Source: Patescibacteria group bacterium
GTDB taxonomy: Bacteria; Patescibacteriota; Patescibacteriia; JAQUQO01
NCBI GenBank assembly: GCA_028716045.1
Contig: JAQUQO010000001.1
Span: 942 to 64,941 of the forward strand
Direction of reading: 5' to 3'
Length of the DNA: 64,000 bases
A model generated the notes under the pieces. The model saw nothing but the letters and a program-made list of their open reading frames with translations, was not told the origin of the DNA and ran no database searches. Position 1 is the first letter of the stretch; every line of letters begins with the position of its first letter. The translations under genes were made by a program, and so were the position numbers. Positions 57,624-64,000 of the stretch are shown here, piece after piece.

Positions 57624-57697
57624 TACCAGGGGAGGGATTCGAACCCTCGACCTTGGCGTTATGAGTGCCACGCTCTTACCAACTGAGCTACCCTGGC
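57624..57697 (-). tRNA. tRNA with anticodon CAU, elongator-Met-like body (could alternatively be Ile2/lysidine type). No encoded CCA.
   Basis: Reverse complement GCCAGGGTAGCTCAGTTGGTAAGAGCGTGGCACTCATAACGCCAAGGTCGAGGGTTCGAATCCCTCCCCTGGTA. It has G1-U72 and an A31-C39 mispair. Confidence 0.8.
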
Positions 57698-57738
57698 TTT
57701 TAAAAGCCGTAAGCCGCTTGGCTTACAGCTTTTTTCTT

Positions 57739-57812
57739 GTTGCGGGGGTGAGATTTGAACTCACGACCTCCAGGTTATGGGCCTGGCGAGCTGCCGGGCT
57801 GCTCTACCCCGC
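57739..57812 (-). tRNA. initiator tRNA-fMet (CAU) with the hallmark C1:A72 mismatch. Anticodon loop reads CCCAUAA (C at position 33).
   Basis: Reverse complement CGCGGGGTAGAGCAGCCCGGCAGCTCGCCAGGCCCATAACCTGGAGGTCGTGAGTTCAAATCTCACCCCCGCAA, near-identical in architecture to E. coli tRNAfMet. Confidence 0.85.
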
Positions 57813-58071
57813 GATGTTGTTGGCAATTATCAACAAATTTTTCCAAAGCTTTCCTACTTTTTAATGATTTTAAATATTTTTCATGTTTAACCGCTTCTGA
57901 TCTGGTCGGAAATCCTTTTATATAAACATATTGCCACGGCAAATACGGTTTTGTTGACTTGTTTTTACCCGTATTGTGGTATTTTATTCTGGTATCCAAA
58001 TTATTACAATGACCTATATAATATTTATTAAATGGTATGCTATTAATGATGTATGTGAAATAGTTTGCCAT
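57775..58071 (-). CDS. small GIY-YIG nuclease family protein (98 aa). Its 3' end overlaps tRNA-fMet by about 38 nt.
   Basis: YFTYIINSIPFNKYYIGHCNNLDTRIKYHNTGK carries the GIY-YIG motifs. Confidence 0.7.
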   Translation of the reverse strand: MANYFTYIINSIPFNKYYIGHCNNLDTRIKYHNTGKNKSTKPYLPWQYVYIKGFPTRSEAVKHEKYLKSLKSRKALEKFVDNCQQHRGVEQPGSSPGP

Positions 58072-58187
58072 TTATAGATTTTAATTACAGCGAGGCCTGG
58101 CGAGTCCCGATTTTTAGAGCCGCTGCAAGCGGCCTAAAAATCGAGGATCCTCGAAATTGTTGCAAAATCGGAGATTTTGACAATTTC

Positions 58188-58237
58188 GGGACTGCCGGGC
58201 TGCTCCCTGCCTGCCGGCAGGCAGGTACCCCGCGATG
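58188..58237 (-). repeat. partial duplicate of the tRNA-fMet 5' end (acceptor to D-loop plus 3-nt flank) split by a 20-bp perfect palindrome CCTGCCTGCCGGCAGGCAGG (58206-58225)
   Basis: 58190-58205 matches 57789-57803 of the tRNA (ctgccgggctgctc) and 58226-58237 matches 57804-57815 (taccccgcgatg), which is contiguous in the tRNA. Confidence 0.75.
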
Positions 58238-58364
58238 ATTATATCTTGTATTATATAAATAAATCATGTTTTTGTCAAACCCATTGGCCCTTTGACGTTT
58301 AAAGCGCTCGGGGTCTTGACGAATTAAAGATTTTGTGTTATTTTATAAAGTGGTTCTTTTTACC

Positions 58365-58395
58365 GCTTATATTTGCGATAATCGCGAATATAAGC
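58365..58395. promoter_or_regulatory. 31-bp near-perfect AT-rich palindrome (operator-like) upstream of the GC-rich ORF. A possible -35 TTGACG lies at 58316.
   Basis: gcttatatttgcgat-a-atcgcgaatataagc, one mismatch. Confidence 0.4.
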
Positions 58396-58507
58396 AAAAA
58401 CTCCGGCCCGGAGAGTAGGGTATTTTGCCAAATGGTGAATGTCCAACTCGGTTCCGAATGGTTCGGGATTGGTTTGGCTAGTGCCTTTGGCGGAAGGAGA
58501 AAAAGTT

Positions 58508-59281
58508 ATGGGAGAAAAGTATTTGTCTGATGTGAAGGAAGTAGTGGAGCGGCTTAATAGTAAAGATGCTAAGAATTTTCACCGTAAACTTCAAGCATTG
58601 TTAAACCCTAAGGGTGGAACCAAGTTCTTGCCCGGCGGCATTATCACTCCAGAGTTCTATGAGGAAGAATTCGGGATTGCGGTCGGTCCCCGGCTTACTG
58701 ATGAGCAGGCGGCGAAGCTCGAAAAATACGGCTTCCGCATTCTGTTCATCCCGGCTATCACCGAGGATAAATATCCCGAATCGTTTTCCAAGCCGGAATG
58801 GGGGAGGTATCTCAATATCGCCGATATCAAGCGCCAGCCCCTACCCGGTCGTTTCGTGGCCATAGAAACCATTGCCAAGCCGAACTGGGACGACCCAAAC
58901 GGCTATCCCGATGACAAGCTCGGGCAAGTCCTTGGCCTTAAAAGCCGTTTCGGAGTGAGCTGGGATGAACTGTACGGCAAAGATGGTATTCTCGCCAAAG
59001 CCGCGCAAGTTCTTGGCTTCCCGTCGGAGCAGGTTCGCTCGCCATATGCGGAGGAGTATAATTTCGTTGGAAATATGTTTAATTACCTCCGCAATAAATT
59101 CAACGAGCCCCTGCCCGATTTAGGTAGCACCAACTCCTGGGAGTGGTGCGAGAACGTTTACGGTTCTAACTCCCGTCTTATTGGGGGTGGTCGCGAGCGC
59201 GGCGGGCTTGCGGGCGTGCACTGCCGCTGGCGTGGCACTCACGACGGCAACGTCGCTTTCCGCGTCCTCGTAGTTCTGTAG
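58508..59281 (+). CDS. hypothetical protein (about 257 aa) with markedly higher GC and GC3-biased codon usage than the surroundings. Likely horizontally acquired cargo in the tRNA island.
   Basis: Good RBS (aggagaaaaagttATG). Codons are dominated by ggc/ccg/ctc/atc/ttc, versus aaa/att/ttt elsewhere. No family was recognised. Confidence 0.55.
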   Translation: MGEKYLSDVKEVVERLNSKDAKNFHRKLQALLNPKGGTKFLPGGIITPEFYEEEFGIAVGPRLTDEQAAKLEKYGFRILFIPAITEDKYPESFSKPEWGRYLNIADIKRQPLPGRFVAIETIAKPNWDDPNGYPDDKLGQVLGLKSRFGVSWDELYGKDGILAKAAQVLGFPSEQVRSPYAEEYNFVGNMFNYLRNKFNEPLPDLGSTNSWEWCENVYGSNSRLIGGGRERGGLAGVHCRWRGTHDGNVAFRVLVVL

Positions 59282-59336
59282 TCGCTTTAAAATTAAGAAT
59301 TTTTTAAAAAAGGACCAAACAAGGTCCTTTTTAATT

Positions 59337-59421
59337 TGGTGCCGATGGTGGGAGTTGAACCCACATGGATTGCTCCACACGATTTTGAGTCGTGCGTGTA
59401 TGCCAATTCCACCACATCGGC
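59337..59421 (-). tRNA. tRNA-Leu (anticodon CAA), long variable arm, CCA encoded
   Basis: Reverse complement GCCGATGTGGTGGAATTGGCATACACGCACGACTCAAAATCGTGTGGAGCAATCCATGTGGGTTCAACTCCCACCATCGGCACCA. Confidence 0.85.
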
Positions 59422-59555
59422 TGAATAATAGATTTTTAATATTCTTTTTCTTACTTTAATCCTCGTTTTATCGTTTTGTAGAGACGATTCATGAATCATT
59501 TCTATGTCTAAATATACAAATTACAGAAACGCAAATTTTTACGTCTTTACGGGTT

Positions 59556-59649
59556 AGTCGTGCGTGCCTGCCCCGTTAATTTGAGCGGAGCGAAAATTTT
59601 GCGGGGTATGCCAATTCCCTGCCTACCGGTAGGCAGGCACCACATCGGC
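59556..59649 (-). repeat. partial duplicate of the tRNA-Leu 5' portion, interrupted by a 40-bp insert (59567-59606, ends ccccg...cgggg) and a 20-bp perfect palindrome CCTGCCTACCGGTAGGCAGG (59618-59637)
   Basis: agtcgtgcgtg, tatgccaattcc and accacatcggc match tRNA-Leu 59388-59421 in order. Confidence 0.7.
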
Positions 59650-59890
59650 CTTTCGGTTCGCTCCGCTCACTCAAGACCTGATTAATATTAAACGTCATTT
59701 TTTCTAAATAATCTTGAGCGAATGGAATGAGTCGAAAGATTCCACCGCCTCGGCCTTTCGGTTCGTTCCGCTCACTCAAGACCTGATTAATATTAAACGT
59801 CATTTTTTCTGAATAATCTTGAGCGAATGGAATGAGTCGAAAGATTCCGCCGCCTCGGCCTTTCGGTTCGCTTCGCTCACTCAATCCCCG
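59645..59890. repeat. tandem repeat of about 119 bp, roughly 2.1 copies, each unit internally hairpin-forming (cgaaag/ctttcg; ctcaaga/tcttgag). It is preceded by the 12-bp inverted repeat GAGCGGAGCGAA (59582) / TTCGCTCCGCTC (59656).
   Basis: The units ccgcctcggcctttcggttcgYtccgctcactcaagacctgattaatattaaacgtcattttttctRaataatcttgagcgaatggaatgagtcgaaagattcc are almost identical. Confidence 0.85.
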
Positions 59891-59982
59891 GCTAGATTTA
59901 CTAGTAAAAATCAGTTTATCACACTTTTTAACAATTGTCAAAACTTTAAAAAAGTAGTATATTAAAATAATATTGTTAAAAT

Positions 59983-60753
59983 ATGGCGCAAGTTATTGCG
60001 GTAGTTAATCAAAAGGGCGGCGTGGGCAAGACCACCACTGCCATGAATTTGGGCGCTTATTTGGCGTTACTCGGAAAATTTGTTTTACTTATTGATTTAG
60101 ACCCGCAAGCCAACGCCACTTCTGGTTTGGGAGTCAATCACCGTGAATTACAGCAGGGTATTTACAATGTTCTGTTGGGGGAAGTGAAAATACGCGATAT
60201 TATTTTACCGACCAATCAAGAGGGTTATCGCCTGGCGCCTTCAACTATGGATTTGGCCGGTGCCAATATAGAATTGGTAAATTTAGAGGAGAGAGAATAT
60301 CGTTTGGCCCATGCCCTGGAAGAGGTGCGAGGTTCTTTTGATTATATTATCATTGATTGTCCGCCATCACTCGGTCTTTTAACCGTCAATGCCTTGACTG
60401 CCGCTGATTCGGTGATTATTCCGGTGCAGGCGGAGTATTACGCGTTGGAGGGCCTTGGCCAGTTGTTGGAAACAATCGGCTTGGTCAAAGAAAATTTGAA
60501 TCCAAAATTGGAAGTTTTAGGAGCATTGCTCACGATGTTTGACAGCCGCAATCGTTTGGCCAACGATGTTTTCAGTGAGTTGTACCAGTATTTTCCCAAT
60601 AAAATTTTTCGTTCCGTGATACCGCGGAGCGTTCGTCTGGCCGAAGCCCCGAGCCATGGCGCCACCATTTTGAATTATGATAGCGGGTCAAAAGCGGCAA
60701 AATGTTATGAAAAATTTGCCAAAGAATTATTAGAAATAATGGAGCAATATTAA
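59983..60753 (+). CDS. parA: chromosome partitioning ATPase ParA/Soj
   Basis: VVNQKGGVGKTTTAMNLGAYLA (deviant Walker A). Confidence 0.93.
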   Translation: MAQVIAVVNQKGGVGKTTTAMNLGAYLALLGKFVLLIDLDPQANATSGLGVNHRELQQGIYNVLLGEVKIRDIILPTNQEGYRLAPSTMDLAGANIELVNLEEREYRLAHALEEVRGSFDYIIIDCPPSLGLLTVNALTAADSVIIPVQAEYYALEGLGQLLETIGLVKENLNPKLEVLGALLTMFDSRNRLANDVFSELYQYFPNKIFRSVIPRSVRLAEAPSHGATILNYDSGSKAAKCYEKFAKELLEIMEQY

Positions 60754-60754
60754 T

Positions 60755-61639
60755 ATGTCAATACGAGGGGGACTGGGCAGGGGATTAAGTTCGCTTATTC
60801 CCAGTCGTTCCAATAAAGAAAAAGAGCCAGTCGCAACCAAAGAGGCCTCTTTCCGCTCACACTCTTTGCCGGAAGACGGTGAGAGAATTTTTCAATTGCC
60901 AGTAACGGATATTTCTCCCAACCCCGCCCAGCCGCGCCAGGATTTCGGCCATCAGGCCCTTGAAGATTTAGTTAATTCCATAAAAGAACATGGTATCATT
61001 CAGCCGCTCATTGTCACAAAAAAAGGAGAGGGGTATGAATTGGTCACCGGTGAAAGGCGTTTACGGGCAGCCAAAATCGCCGGCTTGAAAAAAGTTCCGG
61101 CCATAATTCGCACCGCCCAGGGCCAGGAAAAGTTAGAGTTGGCTTTGATAGAAAATGTTCAGAGGCAAGACCTTAATCCGATGGAAGAAGCCGTGGCCTA
61201 CAAAAGATTGAGTGATGAATTCGGCCTGACACAGGAAGAAGTGGCGAAAAAAGTCGGGAAAAGCCGTCCGGTCGTGGCTAATTCCTTACGTCTGCTTTCT
61301 TTACCGGAAGAAATAAAAAAGTTTTTGCGCGCCGGCAAATTGAGCGAGAGTCATGCCCGGATAATTCTTCAATTACCAAATGAAAAAGAACAGTTAAAAT
61401 TCGTCAGAAAAATTTTAAAAGACGAACTCTCGGTGCGCGCTTCCGAAGAGGCGGTGCGGTCGGTGACGGTGAAAAGTCATGTCCGGCGAGTTGACTCCAA
61501 TTTAGCGGCCTATGAAGAAGAATTGCGCCACGCCTTAGGGGCGAAAGTTAATATTAAAAAAAGCGGCCAGGGCGGCCGAATAGTGATTGAATATTACTCC
61601 GAAGAAGAATTAAGCGATATTATTTCCAAAATTATTTAA
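60755..61639 (+). CDS. parB: chromosome partitioning protein ParB/Spo0J
   Basis: ParB box (GERRLRAAK), HTH and position after parA. Confidence 0.9.
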   Translation: MSIRGGLGRGLSSLIPSRSNKEKEPVATKEASFRSHSLPEDGERIFQLPVTDISPNPAQPRQDFGHQALEDLVNSIKEHGIIQPLIVTKKGEGYELVTGERRLRAAKIAGLKKVPAIIRTAQGQEKLELALIENVQRQDLNPMEEAVAYKRLSDEFGLTQEEVAKKVGKSRPVVANSLRLLSLPEEIKKFLRAGKLSESHARIILQLPNEKEQLKFVRKILKDELSVRASEEAVRSVTVKSHVRRVDSNLAAYEEELRHALGAKVNIKKSGQGGRIVIEYYSEEELSDIISKII

Positions 61640-61642
61640 TTT

Positions 61643-61683
61643 AAAAAATCTCCGCCGGTTATCTTTTTTAGCGGAGATTTTTT
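61643..61683. terminator. bidirectional terminator between parB (+) and rel (-)
   Basis: aaaaaatctccgc-(15-nt loop)-gcggagatttttt. Confidence 0.6.
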
Positions 61684-63118
61684 ATTTTTCCTTGAGGGCG
61701 GTCTTGATTTTACCTTTGGCGTTATGAGTTTTAATGAATTTCAGCCAATCCCTGTTGGGCAATTTTCTTTTTTTATCAACGATAATTTCCACCACGTCGC
61801 CGCTGTTTAAAGGAGTGTCCAAACTGGCGATTTGGTCATTGATTTTCGCGCCGTTGCATTTATTGCCAATGTCAGTATGGACATAATAGGCGAAATCTAC
61901 CGGCGTGGAACGTTCAGGAAGGTCAATAACATCGCCTTTGGGAGTGAAGACAAAGATGCGGTCCTGAAAAACGTCTATTTTTAAGGATTCCAAAGATTCC
62001 AAAAATTTTTCTTTGGTCTCCATTTCTTTTTGTATTTTGGCCAACTCCTGAACCCAGGATAATTTTTTATCCGGCACGATTGACCCCTTTTCATCATAAT
62101 GCCAGTGGGCGGCGATACCCCACTCGGCCTCTTCATGCATTTCTTGCGTGCGTATCTGCACCTCCACAATTTCTCCGTCTGGAGAAAATACAGTTGAATG
62201 AAGCGACTGGTAGCCGTTCGGTTTGGGCTGGGCGATATAATCTTTAATGCGTCCTTTCAAAGGACGGAACATAGTGTGGATGACGCCGAGAACGGTGTAG
62301 CATTCGGGTATGTCGCGGACGATAATGCGGCAGGCAACGAGGTCATAGACGCGCGAGATGTCTTTATCAAGGCGCAGTAATTTTTTATATAAACTGTACA
62401 AATGTTTTGTCCGGCCGTGGACAGAAATGTATTTAAATCCCTGCTTAGTCAATTCTTTTTTTATCAGCCGGATCACTTTTTTTAGATGTTTTTCTTTTTC
62501 GCCGTAGGTGCTGGCGATTAGTTTCTTGAGCCATTTATATTCTTGCGGATAAACATAAGGGAAGGAAAGGTCTTCCAGTTTTCCTTTGAGCTCGCCCATG
62601 CCAAGACGGTTGGCAATCGGCGCATAAATCTCCAGGCTTTCGCGGGCGATGCGCAGTTGCTTGACGGGGGGCTGGTATTTAAGAGAAGTCAAATTATGGA
62701 TGCGGTCAGCGAATTTAATAACCACTACTCGTAAATCCGCGGCCATCGCGATGAACATTTTTCTCAAATTTTCCACGTAACGCTCTATGCCGCGGTATTT
62801 TATTTTACCCAATTTAGTAATGCCGGCAACCATGGAGGCGATGTCTTTGCCAAAATTATCCTGAATATCCTTGATGGTATATTTAGTATCTTCGGGAATA
62901 TCATGAAGCAGTCCGGCAATAATAATGGGAATAGGCGATTTCATTTCTGCCAGAATAATGGCCGTGGCCAGAGGATGTCCGATATAGTCCTCGCCGGACA
63001 ATCTTTTTTGTCCCCGATGGGCTTTTTCCGCGAATTCATAGGCCAATTCAATCATATCCAAATCGGCGCCCGGGTCATTGGTTCTGATGATGTTAGTCAG
63101 TTGGTTTAATGTCTGCAT
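61682..63118 (-). CDS. rel: short bifunctional (p)ppGpp synthetase/hydrolase Rel/SpoT homolog (HD, synthetase and TGS domains; no ACT domain)
   Basis: The HD motif is HRGQKRLSGEDYIGHPL...LLHDIPEDT. The synthetase core is RTKHLYSLYKKL...VACRIIV. A TGS-like domain is present. Length is 478 aa. Confidence 0.88.
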   Translation of the reverse strand: MQTLNQLTNIIRTNDPGADLDMIELAYEFAEKAHRGQKRLSGEDYIGHPLATAIILAEMKSPIPIIIAGLLHDIPEDTKYTIKDIQDNFGKDIASMVAGITKLGKIKYRGIERYVENLRKMFIAMAADLRVVVIKFADRIHNLTSLKYQPPVKQLRIARESLEIYAPIANRLGMGELKGKLEDLSFPYVYPQEYKWLKKLIASTYGEKEKHLKKVIRLIKKELTKQGFKYISVHGRTKHLYSLYKKLLRLDKDISRVYDLVACRIIVRDIPECYTVLGVIHTMFRPLKGRIKDYIAQPKPNGYQSLHSTVFSPDGEIVEVQIRTQEMHEEAEWGIAAHWHYDEKGSIVPDKKLSWVQELAKIQKEMETKEKFLESLESLKIDVFQDRIFVFTPKGDVIDLPERSTPVDFAYYVHTDIGNKCNGAKINDQIASLDTPLNSGDVVEIIVDKKRKLPNRDWLKFIKTHNAKGKIKTALKEK

Positions 63119-63152
63119 AAAGCTAACATAATTATATAAAAATATAAAGGTC

Positions 63153-63263
63153 TTGACAAATTTTTAAAATTATGTTATCCTATATTTGTGAATGTTCAAG
63201 GGTTAAAATCCTAGAGAGACAGGAAAAACTCCCCGACTTTGGTCAGGGAGTTTTTCTGTTTTT
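63153..63263 (+). ncRNA. candidate small RNA: a strong promoter (TTGACA, 17-bp spacer, TGtTATCCT) followed about 40 nt later by an intrinsic terminator (63225-63263), with no ORF
   Basis: tcTTGACAaatttttaaaattatgtTATCCT ... aaaaactccccgactttggtcagggagtttttctgttttt. The predicted transcript is about 75 nt. Confidence 0.35.
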
Positions 63264-63626
63264 GATACTTCGCGTTTGTGGCGGGGCTAGGGACGTGTTA
63301 AGACGCAGAGGCCGTTTTGTGTGGCGAATACTCTTTTTTGTCATGGCGAGCAGTAGGTGAAGCGATCCTCAATACTTTATAAAACATTACGGCATTGTAT
63401 TATAGATTGCTTCGCTCATCCCGCCATGGCGGGATTCACTCACAAAGACATTAGTTATGTTAATTTAAAGTTTTTTTGTAGGTAATCTTTTTAAACTGTG
63501 GGTCTTGAAAAAAGTCGTAAATATGATAAAATAAATACATGGTGGGCCATGAGCAAAACCCTGAGCATTCACAATGTCATTTAGGGAATCTCCTCTGGCT
63601 CACCTGAAGAATAATAATTTTTATAT

Positions 63627-63815
63627 ATGTTGGAAAAACTTACCCAAAAAGAACTTGAGAAAAAGAAAGGGGAGAGAGAAGAAGAAATAAGCAAAAGACC
63701 GCCGAATCAGTTAGATGAAGAATTGGATGACTTAAGAAAAGAACAGAATCCTGATAAATATAAAAATCCGGAAATTCGGAAAAATAAAAAAATACAACCA
63801 GAGCTACAAAATTAA
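63627..63815 (+). CDS. small K/E-rich hypothetical protein (62 aa), doubtful
   Basis: Low-complexity ORF followed by the hairpin at 63817-63846. Confidence 0.25.
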   Translation: MLEKLTQKELEKKKGEREEEISKRPPNQLDEELDDLRKEQNPDKYKNPEIRKNKKIQPELQN

Positions 63816-63816
63816 A

Positions 63817-63846
63817 AGAAGCCGCTTATCAAGCGGCTTCTTTTGA
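63817..63846. terminator. bidirectional hairpin (aaagaagccgctt-atca-agcggcttcttt). The topA stop codon lies within it.
   Basis: Perfect 12-bp stem followed by tttt. Confidence 0.55.
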
Positions 63847-64000
63847 ATAATGACACTCTTTATTAGAGCAGATGATTTTTTTCTTGGCGCCATAAACGAG
63901 CAGATGCTGACACTCGGGACATTTTTCGCCGGTGGGTTTTTGCCAGAGAGCGAATTTACATTGGGGATAGCGGTTGCAGGAATAAAATAAACGTCCGCGT
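63829..64000 (-). CDS. topA: DNA topoisomerase I C-terminal zinc-ribbon region (3' end of topA; the gene continues beyond the window)
   Basis: The minus-strand translation ends with ...GRLFYSCNRYPQCKFALWQKPTGEKCPECQHLLVYGAKKKIICSNKECHYSKEAA*. These are Cys4 zinc ribbons typical of the TopA C-terminus. Confidence 0.7.
   Translation of the reverse strand, partial: RGRLFYSCNRYPQCKFALWQKPTGEKCPECQHLLVYGAKKKIICSNKECHYSKEAA

Noticed and set aside
57775-57812. Treating the GIY-YIG / tRNA-fMet overlap as an annotation error and truncating the ORF
   Set aside because: Kept as observed. The overlap is consistent with an inserted cassette whose 3' end abuts the regenerated tRNA. The true stop cannot be resolved without homologs.
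58188-58237. A second, intron-containing tRNA-fMet gene (group I intron with GIY-YIG homing endonuclease)
   Set aside because: Only the first about 23 nt of the tRNA are duplicated. No 3' exon follows and the intervening sequence has no group I intron core, so it is a fragment rather than a split gene.
59645-59890. Possible CRISPR array
   Set aside because: The units are about 119 bp, nearly identical and directly abutting with no unique spacers, and there are no cas genes nearby. It is a tandem repeat, not a CRISPR array.

Overview
This window reads as a low-GC, streamlined, CPR/Patescibacteria-like bacterial chromosome segment. The evidence is the missing L30 gene between rpsE and rplO, K/E/P-rich tails on several ribosomal proteins, split ComEC, giant surface proteins, small GIY-YIG genes and TGnTATAAT-type promoters.

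Layout by position:
- 1-17 kb: cell-envelope genes. A 5'-truncated CotH-kinase/beta-helix protein is followed by a VTC(CYTH)-domain protein and a DUF4956-like membrane protein, forming a three-gene cassette. Next come polytopic membrane proteins, a repetitive secreted protein, split ComEC, ndk, tRNA-Pro, a DUF333 lipoprotein, and an O-antigen-ligase/TPR membrane protein preceded by a G11 tract.
- 17-29 kb: a 2789-aa secreted repeat protein, a GIY-YIG gene bounded by direct repeats/TIRs with related MITE-like copies, and an 872-aa anchored surface protein.
- 30-49 kb: rpmB, an M50 protease, then the str-S10-spc superoperon (rpsL to map) with no rpmD, followed by ruvX and recO.
- 49-57 kb: AsnRS, short AspRS, YbaK, ScpAB, a DD-carboxypeptidase and a metallophosphoesterase.
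- 57.5-60 kb: a tRNA-linked hotspot. It holds tRNA-Met(CAU), initiator tRNA-fMet (C1:A72), a second GIY-YIG gene overlapping it, 5'-fragment duplicates of tRNA-fMet and tRNA-Leu each interrupted by a near-identical 20-bp palindrome, a GC-rich foreign-looking ORF, tRNA-Leu(CAA), and a 119-bp tandem repeat.
- 60-64 kb: parAB, a short Rel/SpoT, a promoter-plus-terminator sRNA candidate, and the 3' end of topA.

No rRNA, CRISPR or recognisable defence genes are visible. Everything here is inferred by reading the sequence and from recalled family signatures; no searches were run.
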